Source: Squalus acanthias (taxonomy: Eukaryota). Taken from it: a DNA stretch of 64,000 nt. The stretch lies in NCBI GenBank assembly GCA_030390025.1, contig CM059432.1, positions 150,228,001 to 150,292,000 of the forward strand, written 5' to 3'. A model generated the notes under the pieces. That model did no database searches and was not told where the DNA came from. It saw only the letters and a program-made list of their open reading frames with translations. The position numbers were made by a program, and so were the translations under genes. Numbering within the stretch: the stretch's first letter is position 1; each line of letters begins with the position of its first letter. This document shows, in pieces, positions 1 through 11,647 of this stretch.

Positions 1-370
1 GGGTTGGCCATTTAAATATTATAACGAGGCTGTGAGCCTCACATTTAACCTGCTTTGCAGGTTTAACTCTGGCCTGCTCGGTTTCCCAGGCCTCGGGAAA
101 CCCGGCAGCTCAAGGCAAGTACCTTTACAGCACTGCCTGTGGGCCAGGAGGAGCAGGAGTGCTTCTCCCCCATCCCACCCCCTGGGCCGGGGATCGGAAC
201 TCCCCCCAACCCCCCCTCAGGGTTGGAGAGCGGACCTCCCCCCCTGCCCCCCCACAATGCTCCCACTAGCAGCTGCAGGCTCCTTACCTGCGGCTGCGGC
301 CTGCTCCAGAATGCTCTCCGCTCGACTGGAAGCCAAGTCGCACGCTGTGAAGTTAAATCTCCACAGCACC
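1..370. mobile_element. GC-rich non-autonomous DNA transposon (MITE) fragment cut by window start
   Basis: Shares words (ggttggccatttaaatatt...gaggctg, gggaaacccggcagct, aggcaagt) with the MITE at 28730-29340. Confidence 0.5.
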
Positions 371-1879
371 CACCTTACCAAATCCACCTCTGTCAATATT
401 GGGGCCAATATTTCATTGTGTATCTATAAACATTCTATAGTTAAACACTCGTCTCAATTTTTTGATTCAAGTATAACAAAAGCTGACAAATCACATAATA
501 GGATATTTTCCCATTAGACTCTTTGATTCCTTTTAATTTTAGGGAAACCAGAATTGGTACATAGGTACATCTAAGCAACAATAATACTAAATTGTGCTTT
601 TGGTTAAAGTTTCTGAAATGACACTGGTACACACACAGGGGGTCATTAGTTAGTAAGTCAGCAGCACGAACTGCTGGTGGGTTTTGTGAAAATTCCTTAA
701 AATTTATGAGCAAGTTATTTAGGTGATGCACTACAGATGAGTGGCTAATGTTCTGAGCCTGCCCATTTTTGAAGGGAGCCTTCTTTCTAAGGAAGGTGAA
801 AACTTTTGAATTTTAATGAAGATTATTATTTTGGATGAAGAATTTTAAGTTATTTAAATTAACTGATTATGAATTATAAATAACTATATTCTTCTCAGAA
901 TGGAAAATTAAAATGGATGTTAGCAAAGGTAAAAGGATCCTCCTTTTCCACCTGATTAATGACCACAATATAGGGTAGATTTAAAGCGTACTTGCCCACT
1001 GCCCGTGATTTTCCATCCAGTGAAACTTGTGGTTTCTGATGCGCGCTTTATCTGTTCTATTAAATTCTATATCACAACTGTGTGGCGAGAGGAGACTATG
1101 AAGACTTACAATACCGTTGGTGAAATTACGCTTAAGAAAGAGAAATGGGCCAGGTTCCACCAGCCAAGGAATAACTGAATAAAGTCGATTTGATATTCAC
1201 TTACTAGCAGATCCTCTGTATCGTTGCTCACAAGGTTTGGTTTGGGGTTTACCGAATGGTTATGTTGTTTAGCTCATTATGGACACTGCTCAAGTACTGC
1301 CTGTGGGAAAGTAATCTAAATTGAGGTAAATTGAGCTAAACAGAGTGCAAATTTTTGATCCAGGTCAGAAGAATCCATCATTAAATGATTGGCTCTCTCT
1401 TTTTTCTGATTGTTTACCTTCTGTAAAAAAGGTGAACCCTTTGAAGTGTGATATCTGAAGTGCAACTTATCTTAGAGGTTCTCATTCACCTCCTTTTTGA
1501 TAAAACAGGGATAAAATAGTAAAATAAGAGTAGAGTTAAATCAGGAGTAAGCTTAGATTTTAAAAGCCTGAAGACTGAGAGAGGAAGAATAGACGGAAGC
1601 AGTTCTAAAGTTTGAGAAAGAATGAGTTAGAGTAGGACACTTTACAGTGAGTCTTTAGTGCAAAAAGGTGGGGAGGTGGAGAGGAGGATAAACATGTAGA
1701 ATGGAATATTTGGAGTTTAATGGAATGAGAGAGGAAAATGCAGAGAACATACCAATAAAATAAGACAATAAAGGGAGAGAGAGGTTAAAGGCTAGAGATG
1801 AGAGAAATATATCAGATGATGAGTTTGTTCCTGTATCTTGCAACTGAGATGCTGGGAGAGCCTCCCAAGATATAGGAGT

Positions 1880-2200
1880 ATTAAAGCCTTGAACAAGCTT
1901 GAGATTTATATTTATATAAATAAGTGTTTAGCACGAAAAAATAGACCATCACCAAAAGAATGAAGGGAGAAGTTAGAAGAATTGCTTTTTCTTAAATGAG
2001 AAAGGTGCTTCGAAAATGGAATTACCGACCAAAACTAGTGGTGGAAGCAGAATATATAACAGCTTTCAAAAGGCAATTGGATAAATATTTGAAAAATAAT
2101 TGAAAGGGGTATTAGGAAAGGGACTAAGTGGATAGTTTTATCAGAGAGCTGGCACAGGCATGACGGGTGTAATGGCCTCCTTCTGTGCTGTAAAATTCTA
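1880..2200 (+). mobile_element. Old CR1 LINE 3' fragment
   Basis: Degenerate match to the 3' ends of other CR1 copies, ending ...aatggcctccttctgtgctgtaaaattcta. Confidence 0.6.
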
Positions 2201-3370
2201 GGGAAAATTGGCAGAGTTCCTGCTGCTAATTACTATCTAATGACCCCCGTGTGTTTAGATATTGGATGAGGACAGAATCAGGCACAATGCGATGCCTCTG
2301 CAACACTCACCAGCAAAACTCACACATGAATAAGGTACCAAAAGATGCTCAGTCCCTGTACAAATGTACCCCAACAAAGAATCAACAGGAACAGAGAGAC
2401 GGAAAGAAAAATTAATGGCGAAAATCAGCAAGGAAATAAAACAAAAACAAAACAAACTCCCCAAGATAAACATGAAGAAACTGGAGGGGGAATTTTAACT
2501 CCCAGGTGGTTTGTCCGGCGGACACGTGGGCCGGCCACTCTTGCAGTCCTGCCCAACAAAACAGGTGTCCAGAGGCAGCTCGCTGGGCCCTGGCTGGCAA
2601 ATATCAGGTAGCCAGGAGGCATCACAGCTCCATCGGGGAGAGGGTTCAAGAAGGTTTTACGAAAACGGAAAGGGAAGGAGCCCAAGGTGGCAGAAGCCCA
2701 AACTTTCTTAATGGGGCCCAGAGAAGCACTCCTGCTCTTCCTGGCATACAGAAATAATTTTTACACTTACCTGTAAAAGCCTCTGCTTTCTTGCCTGCCA
2801 GGTTTTACTGAGTAGAGCATTTGTGGTGGGCGCTACGCCCAGTAGAGCCTTAAAATAGCTTCAGGTTACTTGTACATCATAGGATGCCAATTTACATGTA
2901 TTCATGACACTCACGTTAAGTCAGATGGGCGCCTCAGCCGTACAAAAAACCCAGCAGTGTTAAAATGGCCACGGGGCGATAAAAGAGCGGCAAGCATACC
3001 GCTTGAACACAAGAACATAAGAACTAGGAGCAAGAGTAGGTCATATGGCCACTCGAGCTTGCTCCGCCATTCAATAAGATCATGGCTGATCTTTGACCTC
3101 AACTCCACTTTCCCACCCGATCTCCATATCCCTAGATTCCAAAAATCTATCTATCTCAGCCCTGAATATACTCAAAGACTCAGCATCCACTGGCCTCTGG
3201 GGTAGAGAATTCCAAAGATTCACAACCCTCTGAATGAAGAAATCTCTCCTCATCTCAGTCCTAAATGGCCGACCCCTTATCCTGAGACTGTGACCCCTGG
3301 TTCTAGACTCTCCAGCCAGAGGAAACAGCCTCTCAGCATCTACCCTGTCAATCCCTCTTAGAAACTTATA

Positions 3371-3862
3371 GGGGCAAAATTCGGTTGCTTTGCGCCTCCC
3401 ATTAGCGCCTGAGGGGGGCTAATGGGGCACAAACCAACTAGCGCCTTCCGTGAAATTCTGCGGGAGGTCAGCAGCGGCGGAAGCCGGTAGTGCCCCGTTG
3501 ATGTCATCGCCGTGAGCAGCGCCCCGGCCGCAGAGTTGGGTCGCGCCCCCTGACGTACCGCCAGACGTTCTTCGAGTGCCGGGCTCTTTTGCCGGCACCC
3601 CACTCCCTGGTGTCCCAGCAGGGCCCCGGTTCGCACTGCGCAAGGCCCCTCCCCTTAATGCTTGGCGCATCTGCACGTAGCGCCGCGATATTGAACTGGA
3701 GCGCCCCAAGAGAGAGGGGTGCTCTTCCAGTAGCGCCCCGCCTCCTGCTTGGGGCGCTACCATTCAATTTCGGGTGCGGGGACGCTAACTTTTTCGGGGT
3801 ACTAAAAGTAGCGCCCCGGCGAAGTTAGCGCCCCAAAGGGGGCACGACTCAATTTTCCCCCC
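3371..3862. mobile_element. Harbinger-type MITE, 492 bp
   Basis: TIRs ggggcaaaatt / aattttcccccc, 3-bp target duplication ATA (3368-3370, 3863-3865); interrupts CR1 sequence cttatatgttt. Confidence 0.85.
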
Positions 3863-4638
3863 ATATGTTTCAATAAGATCACCTCTCATTCTTCTAAACT
3901 CCAGAGAGTATAGGCCCATTCTACGCAATCTCTTCTCATAGGACAGCCTTCACATCCCAGGAATCAATCTAGTGAACCTTTGTTGCACCCCTTCTAGGGC
4001 AAGTATATCCTTCCTTAGGTACAGAGACCAAAACGGTACACAGTACTCCAGGTGTGGTCTCACCAAAGCCCTGTACAATTGCAGCAAGACTTCTTTACTC
4101 TTGTACTCCAACCCCCTTGCAATAAAGGCCAACATAGCATTTACCTTCCTAATTACTTGCTATACCTGCATGTTCATTTTCTGTGTTTCGTGTACAAGGA
4201 CACATAAATCCCTCTGAACATTTAATAATTTCTCACCATTTAAAAAAATATTCTACTTTTCTATTCTTCCTACCAAAGTGAATAACCTCATATTTCCCCA
4301 CATTATTCTTCATCTGCCACCTTATTACCCACTCACTTAACCTGTCTATATCCCTTTGCAGACTCTTTTGGCTGGATTTTCTGCCCGGAGGCGGGTTTGC
4401 GGCGGCTTAGCTGTTTGGCAGTTTCCGGTTCCGCTCCCGGTTCCGGCCGCTCTGTGGTAACGATTTTGTGTAGATTGGGCTTATTAAGCCCGCTGTGCAC
4501 GTTACCCGGCCCAATCAGTGGGTGCGGGTCTGCTGATCTCCTGTGATTACGCGTTTGAAGCTGCTGTATTTAAGGGGGCCATTTCCCCTTTGGCTTTCAC
4601 TTCCATGTTGCTGCTCCTGAGTGCTGGTGGTTGCAGAC

Positions 4639-6551
4639 ATGACAGCACATAGAACAAAGGCTACTCCCCATTTCGCCGTGACTCCCTCCATGTTCTTGTG
4701 GAGGGAGTAAGAGGATGCAAGGAGGTACTGTTCCCTCCTGATGGAAGGAGAAAGCCTCCTCAGCACACCAAGGCAGCCTGGCTGCAAATAGCTGAAGAGG
4801 TCAGCACAAGGTCTATCTTTACACGAACCTGGGTCCAGTGTAGAAAGAGGTTCAGTGATCTCCTGCATTCAGCAAAAGTGAGTATAACAACACACTTACC
4901 TTCATTCTGCTGTGCCTGTCTTCACATCACCATCACTCTGCATTGCCAACCCTACTCCTGCACATCTTTACTCACCCCAACATCCCTTGCACCGTCACCC
5001 ATCCCTCTCTCCCTATGTACAGAATCACATCCCCATCTTACTATGCACCCCTCACACTCACTCTCAATGTTATGCAATGACAACAACTTACAACTCACAA
5101 GGAGGGCAATTGGTATTGGCACCTCACTCCACCATAGTCTGCCTCTAAACATCTATCCTATCCATTCTTTACTCATTCTATCACTCTCACTAAAACTGCA
5201 CTTCTGTCCCTCATTGCAAGAAAAGAGAGCCCACAATAAGAGGGAGAGGGAGAGAACAGGAGGAGGACCACCAACCGTGGCACAGCTCACCCACGCTGAG
5301 GAGGCAGCTCTCGACATTATTGGAGGTGCTGAGGAGCTTGAAGTGGGAGACAGAGAGACGGGCTCAGTAGAACAACCTGGTGACAGAATTATGTTCCAAC
5401 CATCTTATTTGGCATTCATGAGCGACTCATACGGGATCTGATGTTCATAGAAATTGAATGCTCATCATGTGCACAATGGGATGTGTGTGTAATCTACATA
5501 TCACATGTCTAACTCATGTATTTACTCTCCCACAGGACCATCAAGAGCCCCCCTCCCTACTGTCCAGGAGGAAGAGCAGGAGGACTCCTCAGAGAAACCT
5601 CCAGCCTCTGAGGGAGCAGCGTCAGCAGAAATGAGCGCACCCAGCACCAGCGCAGAGACGCACACCTCGGTGGGTCCAATGTGAGATAGAGTAATGTTGT
5701 CATCTGGTGAACTCGCAACTCACAAGTGAGCAAGAGCAAATGGTGAAGACAGGGACAGCAGAGAAGAGTCCTCATTGGAGAACGCAGAACGCTCCTAGCT
5801 TTGCTGAGCTGCATGCAGACGCGGACCTTGGGGGCCATCCAGGAAGAGAGTGGTGCTGGAGTTTCAGGAACAAGTGCAGGAGGCACTGACTGGGTTAGAA
5901 ACCATGGTGACTGCGAGTATGCAGAGAATGGAGGAGTCTATCTCAAATATGAGCAACACCATGGCGCAGGCACTGGCAAATATAGGTCCCACCATGGAAA
6001 GGATGGCAACCTCCATGGAGGACATAAATCGCCAGACACAGGAGAACATGGTTACACTTCTAAATAGATGGTCAGCTATGGAGGATAGATGGGCATCTAT
6101 CGAGGAGAGAAACCAGAGGTTCATGGGCGTCCTTGTTATGAGGAATGTCAGCAGAGACACGGGTCCTCATGGCCCCACTGATGTGCAGCAAGGTGCTCTC
6201 CAGCTACTTGCTAGCAGAGAATTGCAGATGGCCCATGAGAGGGATGGTGGTGGGAGGGGACATGGAAGTGGGGGCTCCTCTCCAAGCACTCACACTGCCA
6301 TCCCATTGCCAATCCCTTGGTCAGAGCCCCAGATGCCTCCCCCAACAGAGATGGCCGAGTCTGCCCCTGCACAGCCGCAGGAGGAGCAGACTTTGGTGGG
6401 GCCCTCACAGGCTCCAAAACCCAGAGGACGATCGCCAAAGGCGTCTAAGCAGGCGCAGCAGGGAAGTGAGCAGGCTGCCTCTACATCTGCTGAAGCCACA
6501 GAGGGAGCACCACGTAGAAGCACGCGTAAGAGAAAGCTAGCACATAAATAG
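4639..6551 (+). pseudogene. Harbinger Myb/SANT-like DNA-binding protein gene, three exons (about 4639-4877, 5220-5379, 5536-6551)
   Basis: W..IAEEVS...RTWVQCRKRFSDL trihelix motif, then KRAHNKRERERTGGGPP; donors gtgagt (4878) and gtgaca (5380); C-terminal basic RRSTRKRK; frameshifts present. Confidence 0.85.
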
Positions 6552-6837
6552 TCACAAGGGTAGTCACTTGGGTGTTTTCATATAAATCAATGTTACATTT
6601 GTGTTCTTTTATTTTACTGTATTAAAGTAATGTCATATGAATGTTTCAATGCGTTGCCCTATGTGTGCTCACAATTGGAAGTGGTACAGTGAGGGGTGAG
6701 GGCGCCTTTCATCTGTAGCAATGGTGGTGAAAGTGCTAGGAATGCACAGTTCATTGTAGAGATGCTCTATGGTGGCGAAGTGGGGTCATGCCAACCTTCA
6801 CGTGCATGTGGCAGCCACATATCTGTGGTGTCTAAAG

Positions 6838-8062
6838 TTAGGTGAATCTGCCGTGGTTTAGGCCATCCCTGGCATCACAGGCAGAATGTGCTTGCGTGCT
6901 GATCGTACTGGGTCAAGCTGCCTCCTCCAGGTGTTCCTCATCTGCAGCCTCATTCGGCTCTTCCTCCTCCTCCTCTGAAGAGGCTGTGCGCTCTGCGACT
7001 TGTTCCTCATGCAGCGCTAATCCTCACTGCAGTGCGATGTTGTTCAGGGCACAGCAGACAACTATGCTTCTCGAGACCCTGGCTGGTGCGTACTGTAGGG
7101 CTCCACCAGATCTGTCCAGGCATCTGAAGCGCATTTTGAGCAACCCTATTGTTTGTGCTCTATGACACTTCTGGTGGAAATGTGACTCTGATTGTAGCGC
7201 TCCTCAGACTCGTTTGATGGCATCCTCAACGGTGTCATTAGCCACGTCTTCAGGGGATAGCCCTCGTCTCCAAGGAGCCAGCTGGAAAGTTCGTTTGGTG
7301 GAGCAAAGAGCTGAGGCACAGTAGACTGACGCAGGATGTAAGAGTCATGGCAGCTGCCAGGGAATTTGGCGCACAAATGCATGATGCTCTTCCTGTGGTT
7401 ACACACCAGCTGGACGTTAAGGGAGTGGAAGCCCTTGTGGTTCATAAATACTGCTGGGTTGTTATGGGGTGCCCTGATGGCCACATGGGTGCAGTTGATG
7501 ACGCCCTGCACCCGTGGGAAGCCAGCCAGATTGACAAAGCCTAGCGCCCACGTGATAACACTGGCTTCATCAGTTGAAAAGTGGATGTAATTGGTGGACT
7601 TGGCAAAGAGGGCATCGGTAACCTGCGTGATGCATCTGTGGGCAGCTGACTGGGAGATGCCGCTAATGTCTGATGATCCCTGGAAGAACCCTGATGCAAA
7701 GAAATTGAGGGCAGTGGTGACTTTGACAGCCACTGGTAAGGGGTGTCCACCCGCTCCTCTGGGCTCCAGGTGTTGGTCCAGCATTGTGCAAATGTCTGCG
7801 ACTACCTCTCGTGAAAGTCTCAGCCTCCTTTGGCACTGCTGCTCAGTCATGTTGAGGAAGCTCATCCTCTGCTGGTAAACCCTGTGTTCAGGGGAGCTCC
7901 TGTGACACGGTGCAGCCCTGCGCTGACACCCTCTGCAGCATCAGGTGGTTGAGGAGAAGGTTGGCACTCTTCTTGTTGGTGCTGCTGGTGTGCCTGGTTC
8001 TGCTGCGGCTGCTCGTCCTCCGAATCTGAGGACCAGGATGAGAGGGTGTAAATGGTTCCCAT
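6838..8062 (-). pseudogene. Harbinger DDE transposase (HARBI1-like), disrupted
   Basis: [61 protein letters not shown], then GLLKMRFRCLD; frameshifts near 7890 and 7150 and an internal stop. Confidence 0.92.
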
Positions 8063-11009
8063 TCTATTGTTATATATGGCAGTTGAGGATGAGATGTTAT
8101 AAGCAGTAAGTCAATGGGGTGAGAGGTTATTCCAAGGAGGTGACTGCATATAGAGTTCACAACACACACTTACAACCTCAATACAGCTCAAATGTATCTT
8201 CAAAATCCTGAAATCAGCAACTGCTGGCATTTGAAAGTGAACTGATGTGAGAGGTTAGCTTTTATGCTGCAGTTGCAGCTGTGAACTATTCAGCTCGTTG
8301 GAAGACCCGACACACTCAGCTGGCGTGTTTGTCGAACGACGTGAAACACGTTGAAAATAGAAAAAGCCTTGCAAAATAGCAGTTAACAACAAGCTGTTAA
8401 CTACCTTAAGTGTCTCTCCCGCCACTTGGTGTCGGGTCAGTTCTGAAGTCGCAGACCCGACACTTTGGAAACTGGCATGGAGGTGGATTTCCAACACACC
8501 GTCAATCATTTGAATTTAACAGCTGACCCGCCTCCTAGCGTCGGGAAAATCGCGGCCTTTGTGTTCTCCTCACAGCTTACTTTTCCACCTAGCTTTGTAT
8601 CATCAGCAAACTTGGATACCTTACACTCGGTCCCTTCATCTAAGTCATTAATATAGATTGTAAATAGCTGAGGCCCCAGCATTGATCCTTGCGACGCCCC
8701 ACCAGTTACAGCCTGCCAACCTGAAAATGAGCCGGTTATTTCTACTCTCTGTTTTCTGTCCTTTAATCAATACTTTATCCATGCTAATATATTACCCCCC
8801 ACCTCATGAACCCTTGAATTTTAACTTCTGTTCCGCCTGGCTTCCGCTGAACAGAGGGAATTAAAATTCCTCCTCGTTAAGAATTAAAGAAAAGATTTTC
8901 ATTAACTATTTAATGGCATGAAGGAGGTCAAGTGTAATGATTCAGCCATTGCACTGCAAGAGAATCTGAGTTTATGAGTACTCGGGACGTGCAATCTGAA
9001 GGAAGTTGGTGAATTATCAGCAAGAGTAGATAGGGCTGGATGATGCATGGCGCGTCAGTGAGATTAGTTCATAAGTAGTACAATCCTATCTGTCCCTCCA
9101 ACCAAAACTTCCTTCACAGCAGCTAAACTCTACATTTAGGCTCTTTTTCCTGTGAAAGATCAATTCAACTCAGCCTGGTTACTTGCAACTCTGGACCATA
9201 CTTATGATTACTAGGAAAAGCCTGAATGAAGCCTAGGACAACAGATGTTTGAACTTCTCATGCACCTCATACAGGCAGTCCCACCATTATTTATGGAAAG
9301 AAAACTAGCATGCTGGTTATTATCAGAGTGCATCATCAACTAGAATACCAGACCATTTTTCCATTGTTTCTACGGATCTTCAGTCAAAGTTACAGCTGAA
9401 GATCGGGACAGCTCTCATGGGAATTGAATCTTTTTTGCGTTGTCAATTACATTTTGCTCCATTCATTGGCTGGTTTTTCCCAGCATTACTTCGCCATTAA
9501 ACATTTTTGTGTTTTTTCTTGCCATTGCTTTCCTTCGTTATTATTGGTTGCTGTTAGCATTTTCACACTGTACAAAATGCCAATAATGGGAATTCCTTAT
9601 GGTGTGATGATATGATTATGGAGGACATATGGATTAACAAATGCAGATGCAATGACATTTGAGATGTTTGGTCCGTACTCATTACTAGTGTGAGACCCAT
9701 GAGTACAGATCCCTCCACACCTACCTGGACATGTCAGGAGACCTGTCTTCACCGCCTCTGCTATACAAGTGTGGCTACCACAGAGTTGTGCCATTTGCTG
9801 CAGGAAAATCTGCAGATACACCTGGAACAGGGAGAGGTCTTCTCAAATAAGGGAAGGCTACCATAGCATGAAGCTTTCATGCCATTGCATTCTTCCACTC
9901 TACCAAAGGAGACATATGCTGCATCAGACAATCTACAGTGTACATCTATATCAAGCACGTGGCAAACACTTTGTAAAGGAGATATCAATTGAACAATGTT
10001 CGCAGCCTTCACTGGGTAGCAGAGTTCCCTAGTGTGCAGGGCACTGTAGTTGGCACCCATGCGGACATCAAGGATCTTCATGTCAATCCCATGGGTAACA
10101 TCAAAAGATAGGGTTTGTAATTATTAACTGTTCAGGTGGCATCTGACCCTAGAAACATCATTATATGCTTCAGTGACAGTTATCCAAGAAACAGTCATGA
10201 TGCCAGTTTACAACGCCCGCATTATTTGAGAAGATGGACTATTCTTTACACCATTGGCTGCTGATCCATCTAAGAAACCATCTAACAGCATAGGAGCACC
10301 TTGGCCTTAGCACATCAGCATTTGTGCTTTGTTCCTTGGATGCCACCTTCGCGTAGTGTGCCATGCAGCTTTGGCACAATGAAAGAATTGTGTGAAAAAG
10401 GGCAAAATTCTGTATCGTGCTTCAAATGGTACCTCTCACAAGGGGCAGCAATTCCCAACTTATGTGGCTCAACAACCATGGACAAACCTAAGAAATGTTA
10501 GCAAAACTGAGGAGTACAGTTCCTTATGCTTCCTCTGATACCAGCAAACTTCTCTCTCATTTGGAGCCAGGTACTTGGATGACTGCACTGAATCAGCCAG
10601 CAACCTCATTCTGTGCAGCTACCACCTGTGCTTCTATTGCAGGGTGGTCCTTCAGTGCAAAATTGAGCCACTCTCCTTTGGTGCACCTTCTACAGCAGGA
10701 CCTCCAACTCTTCATACCAGAAGTAGCCTCACTACCCACATTTCTCCACTGTACAATTAGCTAACGTTTCTGTCACCATCACAACACACCTTTAAAGGAG
10801 AGTTGCAGCAGTTTGAGAGCTGCTGCCCGGCTGGGTTTTCCACTCCCCAGTTAAGTGTCCTACGGGTTAAGCTTTTCATATGCAAGTAGCTGATTCAAAT
10901 TAGGGCCGGACTTTCATTCGAAAATTTGGTGCAGCCGCAAGCGAGCCTGCACCATGGACCAGAATACCCCCATTTTGCCTTTACCAGAAAGTCAGCACTT
11001 TAGAATACT

Positions 11010-11630
11010 CTTCTGCTTATATATCCCAGCATTCTATTAGCATTTTAACTGCTTCACCATATTGTCTGGACGTTGAAAGTAACAAGTCCACTATTATTCC
11101 CAGCTCCCTTTCCTTTGGCTCTTCTGCTTTCCCTAATTTAGTGCCACCAGCAAATTTGAAGGCATTACACTTGGTTTTCAAATCCAGGCCATTTGTGTAG
11201 ATCAGAAACAATAGGGTCCCAAGCATTGACCCTTGTAGGACTCTACCTAGCACTTTCTTCCCCAGCACTTTCTTCCCGTCAGACATGACACCTCCCAAAG
11301 CACACTCTGAATTTTTATTGTTTAACTAGTTCTTTGTTTCTTATCCAGTCCCATGCTTTATATTAGATTCTTATGGCTTTTGTTTTAACTAGAAATCTTT
11401 CACATGGATTTTTTCAGTCTTTCTGAAAGTCTAAATCAACTATATCATAGAGACTGCCACGATCTACTTCATCTATAACATCTTCAGAGAGTCAAAAAGG
11501 TCCGTCAGGTAGGATTTCTCCTTCCATATCCATGCTGTGTATTTCTTATTAAGTTACTGCTTGCAGGCATTCTTCTTTTGTCTTCAGAGACCAGGTAATC
11601 ACATTAATTGGCTAGCATTTACCCCACAAT
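11010..11630 (-). mobile_element. Highly degenerate CR1 RT fragment
   Basis: VLQGSMLGTLLFLIYTNGL...KFAGGTKL, a decayed GVPQGSVLGP...KFADDTKL. Confidence 0.7.
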
Positions 11631-11647
11631 TCTACCTATGTAATCAT

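Larger units (their letters stand above)
4370..8557. mobile_element. PIF/Harbinger DNA transposon, near full length, decayed
   Basis: Imperfect TIRs ggctggattttc...ggaggcgggt and ggccgcgattttc...ggaggcgggt, TTT flanks, two convergent genes (Myb/SANT-like and DDE transposase). Confidence 0.92.
3008..8815 (-). mobile_element. 5'-truncated CR1 LINE in three pieces (3008-3370, 3863-4369, 8558-8815)
   Basis: 3' tail (aagaacat)n and stem-loop at 3010-3090; RT C-terminus LLQLYRALVRPHLEYC; FADD region at about 8600; pieces join colinearly. Confidence 0.9.
2485..8874. mobile_element. MITE split by nested insertions (own sequence about 2485-3007 and 8813-8874)
   Basis: Terminal inverted repeat agggggaattttaactccc versus reverse complement of right end aggaggaattttaattccc (17/19). 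Confidence 0.7.

Noticed and set aside
32..517. 161-aa and other GC-rich ORFs, also 11789-12337 and 3358-3828
   Set aside because: They lie within MITEs, are Pro/Gly/Arg-rich by composition and show no domain signature
6838..8062. Considered as the domesticated host gene HARBI1
   Set aside because: Flanked by TIRs, inserted in a LINE, frameshifted and paired with a Myb/SANT gene, so it is a transposon copy
9600..10560. Possible RTE-type LINE remnant on minus strand (DIDVHCRLSDAAYVSFGR)
   Set aside because: Resemblance too degenerate to support without a profile search
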